Below, piece by piece: positions 31,196 through 41,230 of a DNA stretch of 64,000 nucleotides. Location of the stretch: NCBI GenBank assembly GCA_963813025.1, contig CAWEXO010000014.1, forward strand, positions 256,001 through 320,000, in the 5' to 3' direction. The notes below the pieces were generated by a model. It saw only the letters and a program-made list of their open reading frames with translations. It searched no databases and was not told the DNA's origin. Position 1 is the first letter of the stretch, and every line of letters begins with the position of its first letter. Origin of the DNA: an uncultured Verrucomicrobiae bacterium. GTDB taxonomy: Bacteria; Verrucomicrobiota; Verrucomicrobiia; Chthoniobacterales; JAFAMB01. A program made the position numbers and the translations under genes.

Positions 31196-31822
31196 GTGAT
31201 CAGAACGATAACTTTCTTGGCTGCTTGCGTGTTGGGACTCTCTAACTTTTCTTTTGGACAAATGACGGAAAGCAAAAACGCGGGAACCACGGAGACAGCG
31301 GTGTTTGGTGGCGGTTGTTTCTGGTGTTTGGATGCCCAATTTAAGTTGTTGGATGGAGTAAAAAAAGTGACTTCGGGTTACGCCGGGGGCACCACGAAGA
31401 ACCCGACTTACGAGCAGGTGTGTAGCGATGAAACTGGGCATGCGGAGGTGATCAAGGTCGAGTTTGACCCGGCGAAAATCACTTATGCAGATCTGCTCCG
31501 GAAGTTTTTTCTGGCTCATGATCCAACCACCTTGAACCGGCAAGGCCCCGATACCGGCACACAATACCGCTCAATTATTCTTTACGAAGATGACAAACAG
31601 AAAGCGGTTGCTGAACAAGTGAAAGCAGAAGCGCGAAAGAGTTGGCCGGACCCGATCGTAACGCAGATTGTCCCGCTCAAGGAATTCTACGCGGCTGAAG
31701 ATTATCACCAGGATTATTTTGCCAAGAATCCCCAGGCCGGCTATTGCCGCCTGGTCGTGGCGCCCAAAGTCCAGAAATTTGAGGAAGAGCTGGAGAAGGA
31801 AAAAGTACAGGCGCAGCGATGA
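31196..31822 (+). CDS. msrA: Peptide-methionine (S)-S-oxide reductase with signal peptide
   Basis: Motifs GGGCFWC, GYAGG, HDPTTLNRQG.D.GTQYRS and AEDYHQDY. Confidence 0.95.
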   Translation: MIRTITFLAACVLGLSNFSFGQMTESKNAGTTETAVFGGGCFWCLDAQFKLLDGVKKVTSGYAGGTTKNPTYEQVCSDETGHAEVIKVEFDPAKITYADLLRKFFLAHDPTTLNRQGPDTGTQYRSIILYEDDKQKAVAEQVKAEARKSWPDPIVTQIVPLKEFYAAEDYHQDYFAKNPQAGYCRLVVAPKVQKFEEELEKEKVQAQR

Positions 31823-31865
31823 AGGCCCTGGAGCTCTTACGTCCCGCGGCCAATTCCGGCCGAGA

Positions 31866-32037
31866 GCGTCGTGGAGTGCGCGCGACTTGTCGCCGCTCTG
31901 AGATCGGGCGGAGCGCGACTGCCAAGGATGCGGGTCTTCTCGACAGGGACTCCGCATTTTATTGGTTCGACTCGCGGCAGGGGCCGCGCGCCGCGCGGAT
32001 CCTGGAGCGGCGACAAGTCGCGCGCACTCCACGACGC
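31866..32037. repeat. REP/REPIN-like element, family C, intact copy
   Basis: Perfect 32-bp inverted arms GCGTCGTGGAGTGCGCGCGACTTGTCGCCGCT / AGCGGCGACAAGTCGCGCGCACTCCACGACGC. Confidence 0.88.
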
Positions 32038-32128
32038 GCCGAACGCTCGCTCGCGGCAGGCTTTTCCAGGTCGTTCGCATTTTTTGGAGCCTTGAACGCA
32101 GCGAAGAGAGCGTTGAACATGCGGCGCA

Positions 32129-34876
32129 ATGAGAGAGGGTCTTTTCCGAAAATCGGTACTCGTCGGGTTAGCGGTGCTCCTTATCAGACCTGAACACGCG
32201 GCGCTCAGCCGGGACCTCAGTGTGCCGTTTACTCCCTATGGGCAAAGATTGACGCCCACTGCAGCGCCTGGCGCGCAGCTGCAATATCTGAATGCCGGGT
32301 TGCCGGATTTGCCGGAGCTCGCCGCCGGGGGAGCGATGAACTGCCTCGCGAGTCCGGACCAAAAAACTTTGCTGGTGTTGACGAGCGGTTATAACCAATT
32401 CCGAGACAAGGCAGGAAAAAGCCAGGCCGAAAATTCTGAGCAATACCTATTCATTTTTCAGATCGATCACCACACGCCGGAGAGAAAACAGGTTCTTCGG
32501 GTGCCGAATACTTTCGCAGGCGCGGCTTTTAGTCCGGACGGAAAAAGCCTTTATGTCGGCGGCGGCTGCGACGATAACGTCCACATTTTCCACCGGCAAT
32601 CTGATGAGTCATGGGCCGAAGCGGGACTCCCGATAAGCCTGGGCCACCGGAAGGCTGAGGAGAAGTCCGGCAGTGTCGAACCGGTGACTGGAGGCTTAGC
32701 GGTTACGAATGATGGTGCCAAGCTGGTAGTAGCCAACGTCTATAATGATTCGGTTTCGGTGATCGATCTGACCAGCAGACAGGTAAGCGAGATTGATTTG
32801 CGTCCCGGCGGACAAAGCCCGGCTCAGTCCGGCGTGCCGGGCGGAGAGTATCCTTATTGGATCGGCCTTAAGGGAACGGCCACGGCTTATGTTTCGAGCC
32901 TGCGAGATCGCGAGATCGTGAAGGTAAACCTGGCGGGGACTCCGCAAATTGAAACGCGGATCAAGGTACCGGGTAACCCGAATCAGATAGTGCTGGAGCC
33001 GAAGCAGAAACTTCTCTATGTGACTGCCGACAACAGCGACCGGCTGCTCGTGATAGACACAGAAACGGATCGCGTCGTGCAGGTAATCCCGACGATCCCG
33101 ACGCGCCTAGCCACCAATCTGCGGCGTTACAAAGGGATGTCGCCCAATGCACTGGCGCTTGCTCCGGGAGGAAACCGGGCCTACGTCACGGACGCGGGAA
33201 GCAACGCCGTTGCCGTAATCGCCGGTCTGCCGAAAGCAGGAAAATGCATCGGGCTGATTCCAACGGCACTGTGTCCGTACGGGATCGCGACCAGTCCTGA
33301 TGGCCGGTGGATGTATGTCGTCAGTGGTCGGAGTGTTTCCGGACCCAATCCTGGTTTTTTTAAGGACAAGGACGAAAACCAGTATGTCGAGCAGCTACAG
33401 CGCTCGTCGCTCCTGTCCCTCCCCGTGCCGACGCCGGAGCTTTTGGAGAGTCTCACCAGGCGGGTAGCTGAAAATAACGGTTTCGGCAGGACAACCGGAA
33501 AAGAAGATCAGCGGCTCTTCGCTGAACTGCACCGGCGCATCAAGCACGTGATTTATATTATTAAAGAGAATCGGACTTACGACCAGATTCTCGGCGATTT
33601 AGGCAAGGGGAATGGTGACCCCGGCATCACGGAGTTTGGCCGGGCGATCACGCCTAACTTTCATCAGCTGGCAAGCCAATACGTTGATCTGGATAATTTC
33701 TTTGATTGTGGCGATGTGAGCGCTGACGGATGGCCCTGGAGCACGGCCGCCCGAGAAAGTGAATTTGGCCGGCGAGCGGTTCCGTTGGACTATTCGGAGC
33801 GGGGTACGACCTACGATTACGAAGGTACCAACCGCGGGATCAACGTTGGGCTTGCGACCGTGCAGCAGCGAAAAGCGGCCAACCCCGATTCTCCGGATGA
33901 CCCGAATCTTCTGCCGGGCACAGCTGATGTAGCGGCCCTGGATGGTCCGGAGGGAACCCCGCCCGAACAGGGTTATCTCTGGAACGCGGCTCTCAGAGCA
34001 GGGCTGACCGTTCGCAACTATGGTTTTTTTTGTGACCTGTCCCGCTACAGCGCTGAATCAAGCAGACGCATTCCCCGAGAACACAACCCGGCGGAAAATC
34101 AGTTGGTGGTGGCCTTTCCGGCCAAGTCTGAGCTGGCCGCTAACTGCGACCGGTACTACCGAGGCTTTGACACGGGTTTTCCCGATTACTGGAGAGAGAT
34201 TGAATGGGAACGCGAGTTTTCGCAGTTCGTCAAGGACAGGAAGCTGCCGTCGCTGGAGCTGGTTCGCCTGGGTAACGACCACACCGGCAGTTTCCGGGAT
34301 GCGATCGATGGAGTGAACACCCCGGAACTGCAACAGAGCGACAATGACTATGCCGTGGGACGTCTCGTGGAAAAAGTCGCGCACAGTCCGTTTCGGGGAG
34401 ACACGCTCATCTTTGTTATCGAAGATGACGCGCAGGCCGGGGCGGATCATGTCGATTCACACCGCTCAACTACTTATATTGTCGGACCATATGTGAAACA
34501 AGGCGCGGTTGTTTCCCGGTTCTATAACACGGTCACTCTGCTCCGAACTATCGAGGATATACTCGGTCTGGATCATCTGGACCTCTTCACGGCAACCCAA
34601 TCGCCGATGGCTGACGTGTTCGATTTGGCGCACAAGGATTGGAGCTTCGAGGTCAAGCCTGCGGAAATCCTCTATAACACGCAGCTACCTCTTCCGCCCC
34701 GCAAGGAGACGTCAAATGTTCCACGTCCGACGCATGACGCCGCATATTGGGCCGACAAAACGGCAGGCTTCGATTTCAGCCGGGAAGATCATTTGTATGA
34801 TCCCGAGAAGTATAACCGGATTATCTGGGAGGGGCTGAAGGGAGATGTGCCCTATCCGGCAGGGGAGAGCGAGTAG
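32129..34876 (+). CDS. Exported YncE/YVTN beta-propeller plus alkaline-phosphatase-like phosphoesterase protein
   Basis: Propeller repeats (SPDGK.LYV, VSVIDL), IKHVIYIIKENRTYDQILGD, LGNDHTG and IEDDAQAGADHVDSHRS. Confidence 0.88.
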   Translation: MREGLFRKSVLVGLAVLLIRPEHAALSRDLSVPFTPYGQRLTPTAAPGAQLQYLNAGLPDLPELAAGGAMNCLASPDQKTLLVLTSGYNQFRDKAGKSQAENSEQYLFIFQIDHHTPERKQVLRVPNTFAGAAFSPDGKSLYVGGGCDDNVHIFHRQSDESWAEAGLPISLGHRKAEEKSGSVEPVTGGLAVTNDGAKLVVANVYNDSVSVIDLTSRQVSEIDLRPGGQSPAQSGVPGGEYPYWIGLKGTATAYVSSLRDREIVKVNLAGTPQIETRIKVPGNPNQIVLEPKQKLLYVTADNSDRLLVIDTETDRVVQVIPTIPTRLATNLRRYKGMSPNALALAPGGNRAYVTDAGSNAVAVIAGLPKAGKCIGLIPTALCPYGIATSPDGRWMYVVSGRSVSGPNPGFFKDKDENQYVEQLQRSSLLSLPVPTPELLESLTRRVAENNGFGRTTGKEDQRLFAELHRRIKHVIYIIKENRTYDQILGDLGKGNGDPGITEFGRAITPNFHQLASQYVDLDNFFDCGDVSADGWPWSTAARESEFGRRAVPLDYSERGTTYDYEGTNRGINVGLATVQQRKAANPDSPDDPNLLPGTADVAALDGPEGTPPEQGYLWNAALRAGLTVRNYGFFCDLSRYSAESSRRIPREHNPAENQLVVAFPAKSELAANCDRYYRGFDTGFPDYWREIEWEREFSQFVKDRKLPSLELVRLGNDHTGSFRDAIDGVNTPELQQSDNDYAVGRLVEKVAHSPFRGDTLIFVIEDDAQAGADHVDSHRSTTYIVGPYVKQGAVVSRFYNTVTLLRTIEDILGLDHLDLFTATQSPMADVFDLAHKDWSFEVKPAEILYNTQLPLPPRKETSNVPRPTHDAAYWADKTAGFDFSREDHLYDPEKYNRIIWEGLKGDVPYPAGESE

Positions 34877-35089
34877 CGAGTAGCGGGTGCCGAGTAGCGC
34901 GGACGGCCTCGTCCGTACATTCGTCCAACGCCCTATGCATGCGCGACGTCGGTGAACTCCAATAACCTGGCTTGGTTTGGACGTCGGACAAACGGGCTGC
35001 CTCGCGACCTGCCAAGGCCCGGTCGCCAGAGTACGGACGAGGCCGTCCGCGCTACTCGGGACCCGCTACTCGGGACTCGGGACTCGCTA
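34871..35089. repeat. REP pair, family B (GTAGCGCGGACGGCCTCGTCCGTAC), between convergent genes
   Basis: 25-bp unit at 34894-34918 with an exact inverted copy at 35031-35055, flanked by short GAGTAGC/GCTACTC-type repeats. Confidence 0.88.
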
Positions 35090-36814
35090 GTACCCGATCG
35101 CCTCCCCATCTTTCCGGCTCTCGGACGCGCCGCAATAGATCCCAGTCTGAGGATCGCGCATGATCGCCTGGTATCCGCCGAATCCTCCAAGATCGTACCC
35201 GATCTTGTGACCGCGATCCATGAGTTCGCGGACAGTCTCGTAGGGAACTCCGGATTCCAAATAGACCGTGCCACCGTCGGTCATTCTTTGATCGGTCGGC
35301 TCGGACGAGCCTGCATGTTGCCAGCGGGCGGCGTCTCCGGCCTCCTGCAAATTCATCCGGAAATCGATCAGATTGGTGAGCACCTGAACATGACCCTGCG
35401 GCTGCATGTCACCTCCCATCACGCCGAAGGCGAGCCACGGTTTACCATTTCTCAATACGAATCCCGGGATGATGGTATGGAAGGGACGTTTGCCCGGAGC
35501 GTACACGTTGGGATGGCCTGGCTGCATAGAGAAAAGCTCACCACGATCCTGAAAGCCGAACCCAAGCCCGGGCACTACGATCCCGGAACCCATTCCGAGG
35601 TAGTTGCTCTGGATGATTGATATCATCGAGCCCTCCGGATCTGCCACGCAAAAGCAAGTGGTGTCGCCATGCGCCAGGGAACCCGTTCCCGCATCGTAGC
35701 GCTTTGCGGCGTGCCGAACGTCAATGAGATTGCGGCGCTCCGCCGCATACTGTTTGGACAAGAGCTTGTCCAAGGGCGCCGCAACAAAAGCGGGATCTCC
35801 GTAGGCGCGAGCCCGGTCTTCGAAAGCCAATTTTTTAGTTTCAATCATGACATGCAATTCATCCGGACTATTGAACCCCATTTCGCGCAGATTGAACCCT
35901 TCCAGAATATTGAGCATCTCGAGGGCAGTAACGCCTTGGGTGTTAGGAGGTAATTCAAAGACGTCATAACCACGGTAATTCGTTGAGATGGGGTCTACCC
36001 ATTCGGAGTGATGAGCGGCGAGATCCTCTTTGCGCAGATAACCCTGATGAGTTCGGAAAAATGAGTCGATCTGCTCGGCAATTGCGCCACTGTAGAAAAC
36101 ATCTCGGCCTTGCTCGGCAAGCAGCCGATAAGTGTGCGCGAGGTCTGGGTTTTTGAAGAGTTCGCCTTTTTGCGGTGCCTTGCCGTCATGGGTAAATGTG
36201 GAGAGGATGGCTCCGGGTTGATTCGCGAGAACCGCGACTTCTCGGCCCCAGTCGTAGGCGATCACTTCCGAGACCGGGAAACCGTTTTCGGCATAATCGA
36301 TCGCCGGAGCCAACAGTTCTGACATCGGCAGTTTACCGAAGCGATCATGTAACTGAAACCAAGCGTCCACGGTACCCGGCACGCTGATCGGGAGCATCCC
36401 GAACTTGGGGATCGTCTTCGTTCCAAGACGTTCCAACTCACTCTTTAGCTGCTCATAGCTGAGGCCGCCCGGCGAGCGACCGCTCCCGTTAATTCCGTAC
36501 AAATGCTGGGTCTTTGCATCCCAGACGATGGCAAAGAGATCGCCGCCAACCCCGCAGCTGATGGGTTCCATCAAGCCCAGCGCGGCGTTCGCGGCGATCG
36601 CGGCGTCTACCGCCGTGCCACCTTTCTTCAGAACATCGATCGCGATCTGTGAGGCGAGCGGCTGGGCGGTACAAGCTATCCCGTGAGTGGCAAACACTTC
36701 TGAGCGTGTCGCGAAGGATTTTCCTGTTAGGCGATCCATTTGGCTGAAACCAGTGGAGACGAGGAAAGCGAGGAAAGCAATGGAGCAAACGTGGGCTGAG
36801 CGCATGCGTTGCAT
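35087..36814 (-). CDS. ggt: Gamma-glutamyltransferase
   Basis: Motifs GGTAVDAAIA, GVGGDLF, ELPPNTQG, nucleophile Thr in GDTT, PGKRPFHTIIP, FGVMGGDMQPQGH and SESRKDG. Confidence 0.95.
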   Translation of the reverse strand: MQRMRSAHVCSIAFLAFLVSTGFSQMDRLTGKSFATRSEVFATHGIACTAQPLASQIAIDVLKKGGTAVDAAIAANAALGLMEPISCGVGGDLFAIVWDAKTQHLYGINGSGRSPGGLSYEQLKSELERLGTKTIPKFGMLPISVPGTVDAWFQLHDRFGKLPMSELLAPAIDYAENGFPVSEVIAYDWGREVAVLANQPGAILSTFTHDGKAPQKGELFKNPDLAHTYRLLAEQGRDVFYSGAIAEQIDSFFRTHQGYLRKEDLAAHHSEWVDPISTNYRGYDVFELPPNTQGVTALEMLNILEGFNLREMGFNSPDELHVMIETKKLAFEDRARAYGDPAFVAAPLDKLLSKQYAAERRNLIDVRHAAKRYDAGTGSLAHGDTTCFCVADPEGSMISIIQSNYLGMGSGIVVPGLGFGFQDRGELFSMQPGHPNVYAPGKRPFHTIIPGFVLRNGKPWLAFGVMGGDMQPQGHVQVLTNLIDFRMNLQEAGDAARWQHAGSSEPTDQRMTDGGTVYLESGVPYETVRELMDRGHKIGYDLGGFGGYQAIMRDPQTGIYCGASESRKDGEAIGY

Positions 36815-36893
36815 AGGAGTTCAGGGAAGTTCAGGGAAGTTCAAGGGAGTTCGAGGAGTTGCAGGAGTCCGGAAGTTGCGGGAGTTGCAGGAG
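36815..36893 (+). repeat. Degenerate (GGAGTTCA/GGAAGTTCAG/GGAGTTGCA)n tandem repeat
   Basis: About 8 units read directly. Confidence 0.7.
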
Positions 36894-36936
36894 AGGGCGC
36901 GCCACCGGAGCTGACTCGGGCCTCGGGACTCGCCAC

Positions 36937-39015
36937 TCATTGCACCAGCACGACCACGGAGCGGCTGTCTACTTCGTAGGTGGGACCCGCTGCCGGTAAA
37001 TCATCGCTCGGGCCCAGAATCTCTCGAGGGGATGGTTGAGCGGTGTCAATGACGCGAAACCAAGGACGCGAAAGCCCGTCGCAGATCGTGAAAACGCGCG
37101 GTTCGGCGCTGGCATTCGCCATGACATAGAGATCGTTGTCGTTGAGTCGCTCGCCCTTGAGATAATAAGCGAACACTTGTGAGCGATAGGAAAAATCGAC
37201 GGCCGAACTCGTGCCGCGCCATTTGATATCGTCCCGCCAGAAGCCGCTTCGAGAGAGGCTGGGATGCGCTTTTCGAAAGCTAATCATGAGTTTAACAAAT
37301 CGGAAAAAGGACTGGTTCTGTTGCAATCGGTCCCAGTTCAACCAAGTGGTTTCGTTATCCTGATTATACGGATTATTGTTACCGGACTGGGTGTGGAGAA
37401 ACTCGTCACCGGCGGAAAACATCGGTATGCCGTTGGCGAGGAGCAGCAGGCAAAATAAATTCCTTGCTTGCCTCTCCCGCAGCATTCGAACTTCTGCGGG
37501 GGCTCCGTCGTCGCCTTCCCAACCGCAATTCCAGCTGAAGTTCTCGACGGTCCCGTCCGCGTTGTTGTGACCGTTCGCAAGATTGTGGCGGTCATTAAAG
37601 GAGACCAGGTCATACAGCGTGAAACCGTCGTGCGAGATGACATAGTTAATGCTGTAGAAAGGGCGCCGCGCTTCTTCCAGACGGTCCGGAAACAGATCGT
37701 CACTCCCATAGAGTCGCCGCATGACTGCGCCGACCATCCCGGCATCGCCACGAACAAATCGTCGAACGTCATCCCGAAATTGGCCATTCCACTGATGCCA
37801 GAACATACCTGGGAACGCGGTTCCGAGCTGGTAGGCCCCGCCGGCGTCCCATGGTTCGGCGATCAGCCGGACCTGGCTGAGGACAGGGTCTGTCCGGATG
37901 GCAGAAAGGAGAGGCGGATCTATCAGGTCGATTGAACCGTCGGAGGAGCGGGTCAGAATGGAAGCCAGATCAAACCGAAAACCGTCTACCCGCATTTCCT
38001 GCACCCAATACCGAAGACTCTCGAGGACAAGACTGCGGATGCCAGGATCGCTGATATTCAGCGTGTTACCGGTTCCGGAGAAATCAGCGTAGGGCCGAGC
38101 CTGATCGGTGGACATCAGGTAAAAACTCGCGTTGTCGATCCCTTTAAAAGAATAGGTCGGACCCGTGTGGTCAGCCTCGGCGGTGTGATTGTAGACAACG
38201 TCCAGGATGATTTCGATTCCCGCGGCGTGCAAAGCGTCCACCATCTGCTTGAATTCTTTGACTGGATCGCCGCGTGCTGAAGAATATTCGAGGTGGGGTG
38301 CGAAGAAGTTGAGCGTCATGTAGCCCCAGTAATTTCCCTCCTGAGGGTCAAATTGCTGGACCGGCATCAGTTCAACAATCGTGACCCCGAGATCCCGCAG
38401 ATAAGGGATTTTTTCGATAATTCCAAGAAAAGTGCCGCGGCAGTCAGGGTTTACTCTGCTGGTGGGGCTGACGGTAAACCCTTTGACATGGAGTTCATAG
38501 ATAATCGCGTCCGAAAAATGGCGGGGAGCATGGCTGTTTGACCAGGCAAAATCCGGAATTTGCGAGCTGAAAACACCCAGGGGAGCGCGTCCGGCGTTAC
38601 TCCCGCTTTTCTGCGCTGATGCTCGATTGAAATCAGGTGGAAAAAAAACTTCTTTCGCAAACGGATCCAAAAGGATTTTCGATCGATCGAATGCGTGCCA
38701 CTGATTCGGACCGCGCGGGGCGGGACCGTCTACCCTATATGCGTAATAGCAGCAGCCCGCCAGCTCCGCAGCTTTCAAGCGGCAATGCCAGACTCTCTTC
38801 GTTTTGTTGCTGAGCGGTTTTAGCTCGATCTCGACTCGCGGTTTTGTCACATCAGCCTTGCCATAGAGCAGGAGTGTGACAGCGCGAGCGTTCTGGGAGT
38901 ACAAGGCAAAGTTGTAGGCCTGTTCCTCCGGAATGTAACAGACGCCGAGCGGCCCCGGCGAGCCTTCAAATGTGGGCCAGGAAACTGGTTTGGGTGGCCA
39001 GACCGAGTCGCTCAT
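36937..39015 (-). CDS. glgX: Glycogen debranching enzyme / isoamylase (GH13)
   Basis: Motifs IIYELHVKGFT, NYWGY, LDVVYNHTAE, VDGFRFDLA, LIAEPWD, HDGFTLYD and GNNNPYNQDN. Confidence 0.93.
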   Translation of the reverse strand: MSDSVWPPKPVSWPTFEGSPGPLGVCYIPEEQAYNFALYSQNARAVTLLLYGKADVTKPRVEIELKPLSNKTKRVWHCRLKAAELAGCCYYAYRVDGPAPRGPNQWHAFDRSKILLDPFAKEVFFPPDFNRASAQKSGSNAGRAPLGVFSSQIPDFAWSNSHAPRHFSDAIIYELHVKGFTVSPTSRVNPDCRGTFLGIIEKIPYLRDLGVTIVELMPVQQFDPQEGNYWGYMTLNFFAPHLEYSSARGDPVKEFKQMVDALHAAGIEIILDVVYNHTAEADHTGPTYSFKGIDNASFYLMSTDQARPYADFSGTGNTLNISDPGIRSLVLESLRYWVQEMRVDGFRFDLASILTRSSDGSIDLIDPPLLSAIRTDPVLSQVRLIAEPWDAGGAYQLGTAFPGMFWHQWNGQFRDDVRRFVRGDAGMVGAVMRRLYGSDDLFPDRLEEARRPFYSINYVISHDGFTLYDLVSFNDRHNLANGHNNADGTVENFSWNCGWEGDDGAPAEVRMLRERQARNLFCLLLLANGIPMFSAGDEFLHTQSGNNNPYNQDNETTWLNWDRLQQNQSFFRFVKLMISFRKAHPSLSRSGFWRDDIKWRGTSSAVDFSYRSQVFAYYLKGERLNDNDLYVMANASAEPRVFTICDGLSRPWFRVIDTAQPSPREILGPSDDLPAAGPTYEVDSRSVVVLVQ

Positions 39016-39120
39016 CGAGATGGAGATTTAACGTTCGAAAGAGAAGGTTCAAGTTTGGAATGTTGCGGGAGCGGCTGGTAACACCTTTGACCTGAACGAA
39101 TGGCAGTTCGAGCGGGACAT

Positions 39121-39320
39121 CGTGGAGTGCGTGCGACTTGTCGTCGCTTTGGAACCGCGCGAAGCGCGGCTACCAAAGAAAAGTGTGCCTTTCGCCAGGA
39201 AATTTCTCTACTTTGTGGTTCGGTCCTCGGCGTGGCCGCGCGCCCTCCTTCGCTGTCGCGGACTCGACGTCCAGCGGGCGAGCCGCGCGTTCCAAAGCGT
39301 GCGACAAGTCGCACGCACTC
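39121..39320. repeat. REP/REPIN-like element, family C, right arm interrupted by the group II intron
   Basis: Left arm CGTGGAGTGCGTGCGACTTGTCGTCGCTTTGGAA. The right arm ...TTCCAAAGCGTGCGACAAGTCGCACGCACTC resumes as CA at 41227. Confidence 0.85.
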
Positions 39321-41226
39321 GTGCGCCTGGGAGGGCGCACCAACAGTGGGGTGGAAGTCCCCATCGGACAGAAGCACTGGCTGTCCGTAGTCGAAGGTAA
39401 CTGCGTCGTCGAGAGGCGGGGTGGAGAGCAACCGGAGGCGAATGACCAGTCCATAACTAAAACAATGGTGAACTCGATTCGGCCTAATGCATTGGCGAGC
39501 CTGCGAGTGAAAGGCGAAGCCCAGAACGGAAAGCTGCCCGGAAAGGGAAAACGGCAACACAGCGACCGGCTCTAGGACGAGACAGTGAGCGTGGAGAACG
39601 GAGTGCATGGGGTGGGTGGAGATAGAATGGTCAGAAGTTGGAGCGACAGTAACCAGGGATCACGATCCGGGAAAGGAGCGGCGTTCATGACCAGCAGAGA
39701 GTCCGAAGAACCGTGCCCGGAAGGTGACAGAGCCTTCGTAGTAGCGAAGAAGCGGGGTAACGCCCGTGGAGCCAAGGGAGGCAGGAAGGTGGAAGCGTGA
39801 AAGTCAGGACAGAGGAACACAAACCCTCGGTAGTGCCGGCAACGGCTCCACAAGGGGGAGAGATCCGTGCCCGGTGGGCCTGGGTCGAACCAGTGGTCTG
39901 GACAGAACGCATGTTGGCAACCCTGGAAACGGGGATTGAAGGAGGAAAGTGGTTTCGGTTGATTGATAAAGTCTGGAGTCCAAAGAATCTGACTCGAGCG
40001 CTGGAAAAGGTCGTGGCCAAAGGCGGCAGCCCTGGGATCGACTCCCAGAGCGTGCACCAAGTCCAAGTCCACCAAAACCAGACGATCAGGAAGTTAGAGC
40101 AGGAACTCACGAGCCAATCAATATCAGCCGCAAAGCAGTCAAACGGGTCTGGATTCCAAAGCCTGGGAGTCAAGAGAAGCGGCCGCTAGGAGTACCGGTG
40201 GTCCGGGATCGGATCGTCCAAGGAGCCCTGCTCCAAGTGATTGAGCCGATCTTTGAACGCGATTTTGCTCCGCAAAGCTATGGGTTCCGTCCGGGCAAAG
40301 GATGCAAGGACGCATTGCGCCGAGTCGAGGAGCTGCTCAGAAGCGGCTATCACTGGGTGGTCGATGCGGATTTGAAATCCTACTTTGACCCATTCCGCAA
40401 AAGGCTTTGCTGCAGTGCATCGAGGAAAAGATCGCGGACGGGAGGGTGTTGGGACTCGTGGAACAGATGCTCCAGGCAGGAGTCATGGACAGTGCTAAAG
40501 GATGGCAACCGACCGAGCAAGGCACACCGCAAGGGGCGGTCATCAGTCCATTGTTATCGAATATCTATCTGAATGGATTGGACTGGCAAATGGCACAAAA
40601 GAGCTTTGAAATGGTGCGCTACGCCGATGACTTCATCGTGCTGTGTCGCGAGCCAACAACAAGCCCAAAGAGCCCTCGAAGAAGTCCGTCATTGGGTGGA
40701 AGCAAACGGCCTAATCCTGCACCCGCACAAAAGCGCGACTGATCGATGCCAGTCAACCCGGAGGCTTCGACTTCCTGGGTTACCATTTTGAGCGGGACAT
40801 GAAATGGCCGCGAAAGAAAAGCATGGATAAACTGAAGGACACGATCCGGGAAAAGACCCGTCGCAGCGAGGGCCGTAGTCTGCAGGCCATCTGCGCGGAT
40901 CTCAATCGAAGCCTGCGCGGCTGGTTCGAGTACTTCAAGCACAGTAAAAGCCCTGTCTTCGGAGCCGTCGACGAATACACCCGGGGCCGACTGCGCAGTA
41001 TCCTGCGTCAACGGATGGGCAAAGAAGGACACGGTCGCGGAAGCGATCATCAACTCTGGCCCAACACCTACTTCTCCACAGTGGGCTTGTTTTCCTTTCG
41101 ACAAGCACATCGTGTGGCTTGCCGATCTTCTTAGAAGTTAACCACCAACTGGAGAGCCGGATGCGGGAGATCCGCCAGTCCGGTTCGGAGGGAGGGGCGC
41201 TGCTAATCCGGCGTCCCTACCCCTAT
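39321..41226 (+). mobile_element. Group II intron (ribozyme plus RT/maturase, no endonuclease domain)
   Basis: 5' end GTGCG, domain V GAGCCGGATGCGGGAGATCCGCCAGTCCGGTTC, domain VI GGAGGGGCGC...GCGTCCCTACCCC and 3' end AT, with an internal RT ORF. Confidence 0.93.
39797..41134 (+). CDS. ltrA: Group II intron reverse transcriptase/maturase, several frameshifts
   Basis: Across frames: GGSPGID, RVWIPK...RPLG.P..RDRIVQ, SYGFRPG, VVDADLKSYFD, GTPQGAVISPLLSNIYL, RYADDF, FDFLGY and LN..LRGW..YF. Confidence 0.88.
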
Positions 41227-41230
41227 CAAA

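Noticed and set aside
30392..32037. Integron attC sites or cassette array
   Set aside because: The hairpins lack RYYYAAC/GTTRRRY ends, no integrase is present, and copies also flank housekeeping genes.
39012..39608. 198-aa minus-strand ORF upstream of glgX
   Set aside because: It is the antisense reading of the intron's domain I and the family C repeat.
39797..41134. Retron, DGR or defence-associated reverse transcriptase
   Set aside because: The RT lies within clear group II intron ends and domains V/VI, and no template/variable repeat pair was seen.
39321..41226. Assignment to class IIC because it follows a hairpin
   Set aside because: Domain V has an AGC triad and full length. The class is left unassigned pending phylogeny.
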